Below are positions 1 to 8,523 of a DNA stretch of 24,000 bases, in pieces (position 1 is the stretch's first letter; every line of letters starts with the position of its first letter). Location: NCBI GenBank assembly GCA_023382655.1, contig JAHDWK010000005.1:348138-372137 (forward strand). The letters run 5' to 3'. The notes under the pieces were generated by a model. The model was not told where the DNA came from and ran no database searches. It saw only the letters and a list, made by a program, of their open reading frames with translations. This stretch comes from Anaerolineae bacterium. Its GTDB lineage: Bacteria; Chloroflexota; Anaerolineae; Promineifilales; Promineifilaceae. A program made the translations under genes and the position numbers.

Positions 1-2
1 CT

Positions 3-695
3 GGCTTCAGCCACGGTGGCGGCATTAATGCCAGTAATGGCGTGATCACGATCATCAACTCCACCATCACCTACAACCAGACACGTTTGGATGGTGGTGG
101 CATCTACATTGCCCAATCAGCAAGCAATTTCCCGACGACAGTGTACCTGTACAACGTGACGGTAGCGGATAACGTTGCCGATTCCGATGAAAATGATACG
201 GGGGTTGGCGGAGGCATCATGGTTTCCACCTTCTCCGGCTATATTCCGACCGTCTATATGCACAACAGCATCGCGGCCAACAATCGGTTACGCTTCTTTA
301 CGAACCCGATGGAGAGTGATTGCGCCGGTACGATCACTTCTGGCGGCTACAATCTGGTCAAAACATTAGCTGGCTGCGACCTCACCGGCGTTACCACTGG
401 CAATCTGACAAACGTGTACCCTCATTTAACGAATTTGTTAGACAACGGCGGGGCCACCCGCACACGCCTGCCGACCAGCCTTAGCCCGGCCATTGATGCG
501 GGCAACCCGGCTGGCTGCGCGTCTGATCATGTAGGTGGGATGCTAACCACCGACCAGCGCGCGTATCCCCGGCCTGTGGACGGTGGCAGCGGCGCGGCGC
601 GCTGCGATATGGGTGCGGCCGAATACAATTCAGCGCCGACGGAACCACCACCGCCACCGACATACAGCCTCTATCTACCCTTGATTCAGCGTTAA
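3..695 (+). CDS. C-terminal part of a secreted parallel beta-helix / choice-of-anchor Q domain protein (5' truncated by window edge)
   Basis: Frame is open from base 3 (GFSHGGGINASNGVITIINSTITYNQTRLDGGGIYIA...), so the listed start at 42 is internal. The C-terminal part LLDNGGATRTRLP..SPAIDAGNPAGC...TDQRAYPRPVDGG.GAARCDMGAAEY is the classic choice-of-anchor Q signature. It ends in PPPPPTYSLYLPLIQR. Confidence 0.85.
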   Translation, partial: GFSHGGGINASNGVITIINSTITYNQTRLDGGGIYIAQSASNFPTTVYLYNVTVADNVADSDENDTGVGGGIMVSTFSGYIPTVYMHNSIAANNRLRFFTNPMESDCAGTITSGGYNLVKTLAGCDLTGVTTGNLTNVYPHLTNLLDNGGATRTRLPTSLSPAIDAGNPAGCASDHVGGMLTTDQRAYPRPVDGGSGAARCDMGAAEYNSAPTEPPPPPTYSLYLPLIQR

Positions 696-749
696 GAGAT
701 TTGCGAGTGTTGGTGAGTCAGGCCCGCCAACACCCCTGAGGATTTTCAG

Positions 750-997
750 ATGTTTACCCAAACGGATATGGAGCACATCATTCGTATGCCCAACCTTATC
801 TTGCGCAATCTGCGCTTATTATGAGTTATCCGCAGGGCATGGCACAGGTGTTAGGCAGGGAGAACACCAACTGGTGCAGTTTTGCCATGTATGCTTCCAA
901 AACGGCCGGTTATGCTATTCGCCACGACCGGCTGCCGGACAAGCTGGCGCTGGCGTTTGCCTGGGTAGACGGCCGTATTCCGACCGGCACGCTGTAG
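750..997 (+). pseudogene. Decayed gene remnant of a bacterial family with IIR.P.LRNL...YYELS...(T)NWC.FA.(W/Y)ASK.AG..IR motif
   Basis: Collinear protein-like pieces lie in three different frames: MFTQTDMEHIIRMPNLILRNLR (from ATG 750), YYELSAG (from 817), then MAQVLGRENTNWCSFAMYASKTAGYAIRHDRLPDKLALAFAWVDGRIPTGTL* (frame of 821, stop 995-997). This implies at least two frameshifts and a truncation. Family recognition is from memory. Confidence 0.6.
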
Positions 998-1020
998 GGC
1001 ATGATTCATTTTCTTGTGGC

Positions 1021-1064
1021 AAACAAAAACGGCCGTCCTCATGTGAGGACGGCCGTTTTTGTTT
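1021..1064. terminator. Bidirectional rho-independent terminator
   Basis: Perfect inverted repeat AAACAAAAACGGCCGTCCTCA-TG-TGAGGACGGCCGTTTTTGTTT (21-bp arms), with T-tracts on both strands. It lies between the + strand remnant and the 3' end of the - strand operon. Confidence 0.9.
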
Positions 1065-1092
1065 CCAGAGGTTGAGACGGAATCTCTAATCC

Positions 1093-2427
1093 TTACGGCG
1101 CTACTGTGGCCGGTATAGCCGGGGTAGCAGTGGGTTGGGTGTAGAAGATCGGGTCAAGGCGCGGTATTTCCGGCGTGCGGCCACGATCAAACTCGGTGAA
1201 GGTGAGATTGCCGGTAAGACGGCCGTCTAAAAAGCTGGATAACTGTTGCTGTCTGGCCTGGGTGATGGCGGCTTCGGTTAACGGCCGTGTTTCCTGCCCC
1301 GACACCATGACGATGTAATACCGGTTGGTTTCTTCATCTACCTCATGCACAATCACCGCTGTCGGTTCATTTACCGGTTGCCCGAAAATGGTGGCAGCCG
1401 CGTCGGCGCCAAAGGATTGTTCTACCTCATCCTGGGTACGCCAGAGCAGTTCAGAAACCACCGGGTTAGAAGTCGCTTCCGGGTCAATTGGCCGGCTGCG
1501 TAGTTCATTCCACGTTTGTAAAAAGCCGTTGGCTTCCACCAGCGCCTGCGCTTCGTTGGCGTCTTCTTCTGTGTCAAAAGCCATAAAGAAGAAACTGGCG
1601 TGTGGCGCTTCGGTTGGTAGATTAAACTCTGCTCCCAGAGCCTCGGCCAGCTTTTCCCGGTAAAGCTGCAACCGGATATATTCCCGGTATTGCGTTTCGC
1701 TAATACCCTTTTCCTGGTACTGGACCAACAAGTCACTTAGCTGTTCCTGGAAAGCGGTTTGGGATACGGGTGTAGCCGTGGGCGGTGGCGTCACGGTTGG
1801 CCCCAGGGTAGCCGTGGGGAAGGGGGTGTTGGTGGGCAGCAGTTCGGTGATCACGGCCGTGGGAATAGGGGTGATAGACGGCGTGGGCATAATCGTTTCC
1901 GTTGGCGCGGGCAATGGGGTGGGCGACTGGCCGCCAAAATAGTTAAACGACTCGCCAATTGCCTCGTCTACCTCAGCATCGCTCACACTGATGCCCCGGT
2001 CCCCGGCAGCCTGCAACACAATCACCTCTTCCGCCATCTGATTCAGGACTGTTTGCCCCAGTTGTTCTGGCTGGAGTAGTTCGTTAATCAACTGTCCATA
2101 GAACTGCTGAATCAACGCCACATCACCAAACGTTTCCAACTGGTTTTCCAGCAGCAGAATGCGCTGTGTCCGCTCCAGACGTACCCGGTCTTGCCACTCG
2201 CGCAGGCTGATACTTTCCCCACTGACCTCGGCCACAGCCCGGTTGGGGGAGACAAAAACCTCATTGATGATCGCTACTAACAGGACGACCAGCAAAATAC
2301 CCCCGACGACGGCCGTAGCTATATAAATGGTACGTTTTTGTTCCCGTTCCTTCCGGGCTTTCAACACTTCTTTGCGAGACTGACGTTGTTGATCTTCGTT
2401 AACCGTTTTCGTTTGCTTCTTGGTCAT
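1093..2427 (-). CDS. SurA N-terminal domain / peptidylprolyl isomerase-like membrane-anchored foldase with Pro/Thr-rich insertion
   Basis: Basic N-terminus then TM (TIYIATAVVGGILLVVLLVAII), SurA_N-like segment (VAEVSGESISLREWQDRVRLER...), a low-complexity PTP linker, and a rotamase-like C-terminal part (ASFFFMAFDTEEDANEA..LV). Confidence 0.75.
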   Translation of the reverse strand: MTKKQTKTVNEDQQRQSRKEVLKARKEREQKRTIYIATAVVGGILLVVLLVAIINEVFVSPNRAVAEVSGESISLREWQDRVRLERTQRILLLENQLETFGDVALIQQFYGQLINELLQPEQLGQTVLNQMAEEVIVLQAAGDRGISVSDAEVDEAIGESFNYFGGQSPTPLPAPTETIMPTPSITPIPTAVITELLPTNTPFPTATLGPTVTPPPTATPVSQTAFQEQLSDLLVQYQEKGISETQYREYIRLQLYREKLAEALGAEFNLPTEAPHASFFFMAFDTEEDANEAQALVEANGFLQTWNELRSRPIDPEATSNPVVSELLWRTQDEVEQSFGADAAATIFGQPVNEPTAVIVHEVDEETNRYYIVMVSGQETRPLTEAAITQARQQQLSSFLDGRLTGNLTFTEFDRGRTPEIPRLDPIFYTQPTATPAIPATVAP

Positions 2428-2468
2428 ATTGTGCAGAAATAACGGAGGGTAAACCTTCCCTCCGTCAC

Positions 2469-2690
2469 TTATTCTTGGGTAAAGGACACCAACGCCAGAT
2501 GGCGAGCGCGTTTAATCGCCTGGGCCAGTTCTCGTTGGTGTTTGGCGCAAACGCCTGTCTGGCGACGTGGCCGGATGCGGCCAAATTCATTCACATAGCG
2601 CAGCATCATATCAGACTGCTTATAATCAATGATTCTGTTTTTGTCGGCGCAGAAAGCACATGTCTTCTTGCGCACTTTTTGGTCATTCAT
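2469..2690 (-). CDS. rpsR: 30S ribosomal protein S18 (Cys-containing form)
   Basis: 73 aa; [64 protein letters not shown] is typical S18. Confidence 0.97.
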   Translation of the reverse strand: MNDQKVRKKTCAFCADKNRIIDYKQSDMMLRYVNEFGRIRPRRQTGVCAKHQRELAQAIKRARHLALVSFTQE

Positions 2691-3033
2691 AAAAACCTCC
2701 GGTATCGGTCAAAACAATTAATTCATGCGCCACCACTTCCGTGCGGAAATGTTTACGACCCTGGTTATCTTCCCAGCTTCGCGTTTGCAGGCGACCTTCT
2801 ACGTAGACATACTGCTCGTGCCCAATGTGCTTCTGGCAAATTTCGGCCAGACTGCCCCAGGCGACCACATTAAACCACTCAGTTTCTTCGTGGCGTAACC
2901 CTTCCGATGATGTCCAACTGCGGGAGGTTGCCAGACTAAAGGTGGCTACAGCGCGGCCGGTTGGTGTTTCTCGCACTTCCGGCTGGCCGTCCACCCAGCC
3001 AATTAACATGACCTTATTTAGCCCTCGATTCAT
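2683..3033 (-). CDS. ssb: Single-stranded DNA-binding protein, short, no acidic C-terminal tip
   Basis: [39 protein letters not shown]...[39 protein letters not shown]; start at 3033 fits the family better than 3069. Sits between rpsF and rpsR. Confidence 0.93.
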   Translation of the reverse strand: MNRGLNKVMLIGWVDGQPEVRETPTGRAVATFSLATSRSWTSSEGLRHEETEWFNVVAWGSLAEICQKHIGHEQYVYVEGRLQTRSWEDNQGRKHFRTEVVAHELIVLTDTGGFYE

Positions 3034-3085
3034 GGCGCTCTCCCATCCAGGCCCCGAGGATTTGGACAAACCCTCAGGGTCTTAT

Positions 3086-3379
3086 TTAGACCTCTTTGCG
3101 AACGACCAGGAAACGCAGTAAATCTTCTACGTAACGCATGCTTCGCTCGCTGTCGGCGACACGAGCGGGATCCAGCCTGGCTTCAAAGAAGACGTAATAT
3201 CCCTGCTTGTGTTTTCTGATGGGGTAAGCGAGCTGCCTCATGCCCCAATGGTTAGCCACAGGCTTGGCCTCTTCGCCTTCGCCATGGGTCAACCAGGTGG
3301 TGACGCGCTCAATTAACTCTTTGCGAGCGGCCTCTTCTAAATCAGGTTGGACAATGATAGTTACCTCGTACTCACGCAC
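3086..3379 (-). CDS. rpsF: 30S ribosomal protein S6
   Basis: MREYEVTIIVQPDLEEAARKELIERV...WGMRQLAYPIRKHKQGYYVFFEA; GTG start with AAAGGAGGT upstream. Confidence 0.96.
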   Translation of the reverse strand: MREYEVTIIVQPDLEEAARKELIERVTTWLTHGEGEEAKPVANHWGMRQLAYPIRKHKQGYYVFFEARLDPARVADSERSMRYVEDLLRFLVVRKEV

Positions 3380-3614
3380 GTTGCATACCTCCTTTCCTTG
3401 GAATTACTCTAGCGAGCTTTGCCCTTTTTGCCCACAATTAGGTTATAAGAGCGGAAAGCAGCAGAAGTATATAGTTGTTTGCTGTGCAACGGGGCGGGAT
3501 AATAACACAAATTATGATTTTCACAAGTGCAAGATGAGTGTTTTTTAACGGGCACGGCCGTCGCCGTATAATTGCTCTTTGTTTTTTACCAATCTCCCAT
3601 GTTTCCGAGGCTTT

Positions 3615-4688
3615 ATGAGTGAAGAAATAAACGAACCCATGCCCACAGTGGCTGACACGGCCGTCGTCCCACCCCCACCACCTGCCCCCACAGTCATTCA
3701 GGTGAAAAGTGAGGGGAACGGCCGTACCCCCGCCTGGGTCTTGGCCGGCGTCAGCCTGGGTTTTTTGCTGCCCGTGTGCGCCTGTGGCTTTTTGATGGTC
3801 ACATTCTTTTTTAGTGTGGCGCTGGCAGGTAGCGCCAGCCCTGCCACCAGTTCCGGCGGTTTCGGCGACGCCATCGCCATTGTGCGCGTGGAAGGAGCTA
3901 TCACACACAGTGATGATGCCCAAAGCCCCCTGGGCGCTGTCAGCGGCACGGTCATCAATGACTTGCGTGTGGCTGCCGCCGACGATTCCGTCAAGGCGAT
4001 TATCCTGCGCGTAGATAGTCCCGGCGGTACTGTTACCGGTTCTGCCCAAATCCACGATGCCCTGGCGCAGATAGAAAAACCGGTAGTGGTCAGCATGGCC
4101 GGTACGGCTGCTTCGGGCGGTTATTATGTTAGCGCCCCGGCCGACTATATTTTTGCCCGGCCCGACACCACCACCGGCAGCCTGGGGGTGGTGCTGACGT
4201 TGTATAACGTGACCGAATTATTGGACAACGTGGGGGTGAGTGTGACCAGTATCACCAGCGGCCCCAACAAAACAATTGGCAACCCCTGGGAACCGTTGAC
4301 GGCCGAACAAGAAGCCATTTTGCAAACCATTGCCGACGAGGCGTATGATGGTTTTGTGCAGGTGATTGTAGACGGCCGTAGTCTGCCCGAAGAAGAGGTG
4401 CGCGCGTTGGCGGACGGCCGTATCTACACCGGCAACCAGGCATTAGCCCTTGGCCTGGTGGACGAGTTAGGCGACCTGCCAGATGCCATCACCAAAGCCG
4501 CCACGTTGGGCGGCATCACCGGTGAACCACGCATCGTCGAATATGAACATCTGCCCAACTTCAGCGACTTTTTCACCGGCTTTTCCTCTCGGGTTAGCAA
4601 GAGTGAAGCCGAACAAACGATGGAGCTGGTGACATCCCTGATAACCCCGCAAATCGAATACCGCTATATCGGCTCAGGCGCCAATTGA
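3615..4688 (+). CDS. sppA: Signal peptide peptidase SppA (S49 family)
   Basis: N-terminal TM; AIVRVEGAI; AIILRVDSPGGTVTGS; Ser in MAGTAASGGYYVSAPADYIFARPDTTTGSLGV; Lys in ITSGPNKTIGNPW. Start assigned to the internal ATG at 3615. Confidence 0.93.
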   Translation: MSEEINEPMPTVADTAVVPPPPPAPTVIQVKSEGNGRTPAWVLAGVSLGFLLPVCACGFLMVTFFFSVALAGSASPATSSGGFGDAIAIVRVEGAITHSDDAQSPLGAVSGTVINDLRVAAADDSVKAIILRVDSPGGTVTGSAQIHDALAQIEKPVVVSMAGTAASGGYYVSAPADYIFARPDTTTGSLGVVLTLYNVTELLDNVGVSVTSITSGPNKTIGNPWEPLTAEQEAILQTIADEAYDGFVQVIVDGRSLPEEEVRALADGRIYTGNQALALGLVDELGDLPDAITKAATLGGITGEPRIVEYEHLPNFSDFFTGFSSRVSKSEAEQTMELVTSLITPQIEYRYIGSGAN

Positions 4689-4719
4689 TGCGTGACAAGA
4701 TGACAAGCAAGGTGACACG

Positions 4720-6651
4720 GTGACAACAATGTCAGATTATGCCCTTTGTCAGCAGAAATTAGTTCGGGCAATTGGTGTAATTCGTGGCCACCGTTTTTTG
4801 GCGTTGTTGCTGTTGGTCACGCTTTTTGCCGTTCTTCTGCCCCAACCACCGGCTGCCCCGGCAGCGGCGCAGGGGCAGACCAGACTGGTGCTGGCTTTCT
4901 ATTATGCCTGGTACAGCCCTGGCTCCTTTGGCCCCGGTATCACGCCCTGGCAGCCACCCGCCCCTTACTATTCCACCGACGCGGGTGTCATCCAGCGCCA
5001 GGTGAGCCAGGCGCAGGCCGCCGGCATAGATGGTTTTGTGCAAAGCTGGTATGGGCCACAAACCACCAATAATCAGACCGAAACCAATTTTCAAACGCTG
5101 CTTAACATTGCCGCCGGCAGTGGTTTCAAAGCGGCCGTAGATTTTGAAACGGCCGGCCCCTTTTTTGCTACCAATGATGACCGCATCAACGCCCTGCGCG
5201 CCTTGCTGCAAACCCATGCCAACCACCCTGCTTACCTGCGTGTTGACGGTAAACCCGTCATTTTCTTTTGGGCTAACTGGATTCTCACGCCGGCCGATTG
5301 GGTGACGATTCGCAGCGCCGTAGACCCGGATCGTAACACCATCTGGATTGCTGAAGGTGGGAACACCAACTACCTGAATGCTTTTGACGGGCTGCATCTG
5401 TACAACATCGCCTGGTCGAGCAACCCGGCGGGTACGGCCGCAACCTGGGCGGCCAATACCCGCGCTGCCGCTGCCACCTATGGCGGTTACAAATATTGGG
5501 TGGCTACGGCCATGCCCGGTTGGGACGATACCCTGGTGGGGCGGGGCGATGCCGCCTTTGTGCGCAACCGCAACGAGGGCGCCTATTACCGCTCCAGTTT
5601 TGGTGGGGCGGCGGCCAGCGCCCCGGATATGCTCATCATTACTTCGTTTAATGAGTGGCGTGAGGGCAGTAACATTGAGCCGAGCGTGGAACATGGCGAG
5701 TTTTATTTGCAGTTGACGGCCGAACTCAGCGCCGGTTTCAAATCAGGGTCGCTGCCGACTGTGCCGCTGCCGGGGACAGATCCCACGGCAGACCCCAATG
5801 CCTCGCCCACCGCACCGCCAGCCACCTTTACCCCTGGCCCCTCGCCCACGCCCACACAGACCGCCTCACCTGCGCCGACGCTGCCCCCGACCAATACGCC
5901 ACCGCCGACCGCCACCCAAACGCCAATTGCTTCGCCGACGGCCGTAGCCGACGGCCGTGTCCTCTACCTCATCCAACCCGGCGACACCCTGCTCGTCATT
6001 GCCGACCGCTTTGGCGTGCTGGTAGCCGATTTATATGCCTTCAATAATTTGACGCCCGATTCGTTGCTGTCAGTGGGGCAGGAGATCATATTGGGTTATA
6101 GTGTGCTGCCCGATGGGTCTACTTTGCTGCCCGGTTTTCCCCAGGCGCGGCAGAAACCGGATGGTGAGATTGTCCACATTGTGCAAAGTGGCGATACGAT
6201 GTTTGGCATTGCCGCCACATATGATCTGACACTGGATGAATTGGTGGAATTAAGTGGGCTGGCGGCTGATGCCTTGTTGCAGGTGAACCAGGAAGTGGTG
6301 GTGGGTCACAAACCGCAGCCGCAAGAGGTGGGTGGTTCTTCCACCGACGGCCGTACTGCTGCCCTTTCTCTCACCGATGCCACCGCCGCACCAACGGCCA
6401 CCCTCGCGCCGCCCGCCACCCTCACCACGGCCGCTTACCCGGCGGCGGCGGCCGTGCCACCCTCGCCAACCGTTACGATCCAGGCCGTTGTCAACGTACC
6501 TACGGCCACCAGTGAGCCAACGCCGGTCACGGCCGTCGCTCCCGCCGCTGCCCCCTTTGATTTTGGCTCTATCTTGCCCTATATCTTGGCCATCATCGGC
6601 CTGCTCTTTCTGGTTGGCGCCGGTTTTTTGCTCCTGGCGCGGCGACACTGA
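4720..6651 (+). CDS. Secreted/membrane-anchored GH99-like (endo-mannanase-like) glycoside hydrolase with two LysM domains and C-terminal TM
   Basis: Signal/TM at N-terminus; FYYAWY...; [12 protein letters not shown]; [10 protein letters not shown]; [26 protein letters not shown]; LysM repeats [24 protein letters not shown]...L.VGQEI and [30 protein letters not shown]...L.VNQEVVVG; terminal [26 protein letters not shown]. True start may be ATG 4729. Confidence 0.85.
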   Translation: MTTMSDYALCQQKLVRAIGVIRGHRFLALLLLVTLFAVLLPQPPAAPAAAQGQTRLVLAFYYAWYSPGSFGPGITPWQPPAPYYSTDAGVIQRQVSQAQAAGIDGFVQSWYGPQTTNNQTETNFQTLLNIAAGSGFKAAVDFETAGPFFATNDDRINALRALLQTHANHPAYLRVDGKPVIFFWANWILTPADWVTIRSAVDPDRNTIWIAEGGNTNYLNAFDGLHLYNIAWSSNPAGTAATWAANTRAAAATYGGYKYWVATAMPGWDDTLVGRGDAAFVRNRNEGAYYRSSFGGAAASAPDMLIITSFNEWREGSNIEPSVEHGEFYLQLTAELSAGFKSGSLPTVPLPGTDPTADPNASPTAPPATFTPGPSPTPTQTASPAPTLPPTNTPPPTATQTPIASPTAVADGRVLYLIQPGDTLLVIADRFGVLVADLYAFNNLTPDSLLSVGQEIILGYSVLPDGSTLLPGFPQARQKPDGEIVHIVQSGDTMFGIAATYDLTLDELVELSGLAADALLQVNQEVVVGHKPQPQEVGGSSTDGRTAALSLTDATAAPTATLAPPATLTTAAYPAAAAVPPSPTVTIQAVVNVPTATSEPTPVTAVAPAAAPFDFGSILPYILAIIGLLFLVGAGFLLLARRH

Positions 6652-6683
6652 TGAGGCTCCTCATAATTCCTAATTCCTAATTC

Positions 6684-7805
6684 ATGATTCCTATGACTGA
6701 ATCTACCCTGTTCAAAGATTACTATAACGTGGGATTGGCAGAACGAATGGCGGCGCGCATCACGGCCATATACTCCACTTTTGCCGCCGCTGCCTTCGTG
6801 GCCCAGATTGGGCCGCAGCTAGATGGGCAGGAGATGAAGGCCCGCACCCTCATCTTCACTCATGCCCTGCACGACCATCTGCCGCCTGATTTCCCGGCGG
6901 CCTGGGCGGTGCTGCAAGCCACATTAGATGCCGAACCAACGGACAGTGTGTTAGATGGTGGCTGGCATTACTGGCCGATGGCGCAGTTGATTGAACTGTA
7001 TGGATTGGAACATTTTGCCGAGGCTATGCAAGCCATGCACGAGATTACCAGACGCCACACCGCCGAATTTGCTATACGGCCGTTTCTCGTTCGTTACCCG
7101 GAGCGCACCCTGGCAGTGTTGCACGAATGGACGCAGGACGAAAACCATCATGTGCGCCGCCTGGTGAGCGAAGGCACACGGCCGCGTCTGCCCTGGGGGA
7201 TGCGGCTGCACCAGTTCATCGCCGATCCCACGCCCACGTTGGCTTTGCTGGAAAAGCTGAAAGATGACCCCTCCGAGTATGTGCGCCGTTCCGTGGCCAA
7301 CCATCTGAACGACATCACCAAAGATAATCCACACCTGGTGTTGGAAACATTGGCGCGCTGGCAGGCAAATTCCACGCCGGAACGACAATGGATTACCCGC
7401 CACGCCCTGCGTTCATTGGTAAAAGCGGGCGACCCACAGGCGCTGCGGTTGTTAGGCTATGGGCAGGCACAGGCCAGCGTCTCGGCGCTCACCGTTGCGC
7501 CGCCGGTATTAACTTTTGGTAACACACTGGAAATTGCCTTCACTTTGCAAAGTGAGGTAGATGAGCCGCAGGATTTGGTTGTGGATTATGTGATTCATTT
7601 TGTGAAGGCCAACGGCCGTACCGCCCCCAAAGTATTCAAATTGCGCAATGTCTCACTGGACGGCCGTCAATCCCTCCCCCTGCGCAAAAACCATCCTTTC
7701 CGGCCCATCACCACCCGCCGCTTTTACCCCGGCCTGCACCGGGTGGAAATTCAGGTGAATGGGCAGACATTGGCGGGGGCAGATTTTGAGCTGGTAATTG
7801 GGTAA
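6684..7805 (+). CDS. DNA alkylation repair protein, AlkD-like HEAT-repeat family
   Basis: RRLVSEGTRPRLPWGMRLHQFIADPTPTLALLEKLKDDPSEYVRRSVANHLNDITKDNPHLVLETLARW is characteristic of this family. Confidence 0.88.
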   Translation: MIPMTESTLFKDYYNVGLAERMAARITAIYSTFAAAAFVAQIGPQLDGQEMKARTLIFTHALHDHLPPDFPAAWAVLQATLDAEPTDSVLDGGWHYWPMAQLIELYGLEHFAEAMQAMHEITRRHTAEFAIRPFLVRYPERTLAVLHEWTQDENHHVRRLVSEGTRPRLPWGMRLHQFIADPTPTLALLEKLKDDPSEYVRRSVANHLNDITKDNPHLVLETLARWQANSTPERQWITRHALRSLVKAGDPQALRLLGYGQAQASVSALTVAPPVLTFGNTLEIAFTLQSEVDEPQDLVVDYVIHFVKANGRTAPKVFKLRNVSLDGRQSLPLRKNHPFRPITTRRFYPGLHRVEIQVNGQTLAGADFELVIG

Positions 7806-7832
7806 TTGCCGCCAATTACGCAATTACCCAAT
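7797..7832. repeat. Perfect 13-bp inverted repeat straddling the stop codon
   Basis: ATTGGGTAATTGC (7797-7809) / GCAATTACCCAAT (7820-7832), with nested GTAATTG...CAATTAC. Confidence 0.7.
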
Positions 7833-7856
7833 CGCCTGATCACTTCCCCAAAAAGG

Positions 7857-7894
7857 GGAAACGGCCGTCCGATGTCTCAGAACGGCCGTTTTCC
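7857..7894. terminator. Hairpin built from two ACGGCCGT palindromes; probable terminator
   Basis: GGAAACGGCCGT ... ACGGCCGTTTTCC. Overlaps an upstream TTCCCC-AAAAA-GGGGAA hairpin (7844-7860). Confidence 0.55.
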
Positions 7895-8006
7895 AAACGC
7901 GCGACCGACAGCCGCTAACTTGCGACAACTCGTTACTGCCAGAGCAACAGGTTTCTACCCATTTCTCCTCTTGTTGCCGCCGGCCCAGCAGTGCCCACAC
8001 CTCATC

Positions 8007-8039
8007 CAGACTCCAACCCCCTGGCAAAGTTGGAGTCTG
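8007..8039. repeat. Intergenic hairpin, 11-bp perfect stem
   Basis: CAGACTCCAAC (8007-8017) - 11 nt - GTTGGAGTCTG (8029-8039). Confidence 0.7.
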
Positions 8040-8523
8040 CATCATCCATCATTACCCCTGTCTGGACACAAGTACAGGCTGCACTATAATCGTTTGCTAA
8101 GTGTACGATAGCCTGCCAGCGTTAAGGGATCGTTAAATGAAAAAGGACAGGCGTGATAAGCAATGAGTTAAAACTCTATCTGCCGTCTACGAAGCCATTG
8201 CCGCGCACCCCAAACCGGCACACGGCCGTTACAACCCCCGCTGTCGATCCCACCTGCTACTATAAACACCCCTCCCTTTCAAGTGCCGCGCATCCCTCAT
8301 TTTGTGGGCCGCAGCCAACCATTAGCCGACCTGGAAGTGGCGCTCACTGCTTGCCTTGGACCTGGCGCAGAAGTCGCCAGCCAGACGCCGCCCCGTTGGG
8401 CTATTGCCGGCATGGGTGGGCCAGCAGAAAAAGACACCGCGTAACGACACCCCGGACAAACCCCGCGTGATGCAGCCCTCTCCATCTGGTTATTGCACCG
8501 AGATGGTGTTACATTTTTAGGGT

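Noticed and set aside
3438-4055. 205-aa minus-strand ORF overlapping sppA and the rpsF upstream region
   Set aside because: Overlaps the conserved sppA start and rpsF leader; no family resemblance.
4759-5694. 311-aa minus-strand ORF opposite the GH99-like gene
   Set aside because: Antisense shadow; composition not protein-like and no motif.
8153-8470. 105-aa ORF in the 7.8-8.5 kb gap
   Set aside because: No Shine-Dalgarno, no domain, codon use unlike neighbours; weak evidence for coding.
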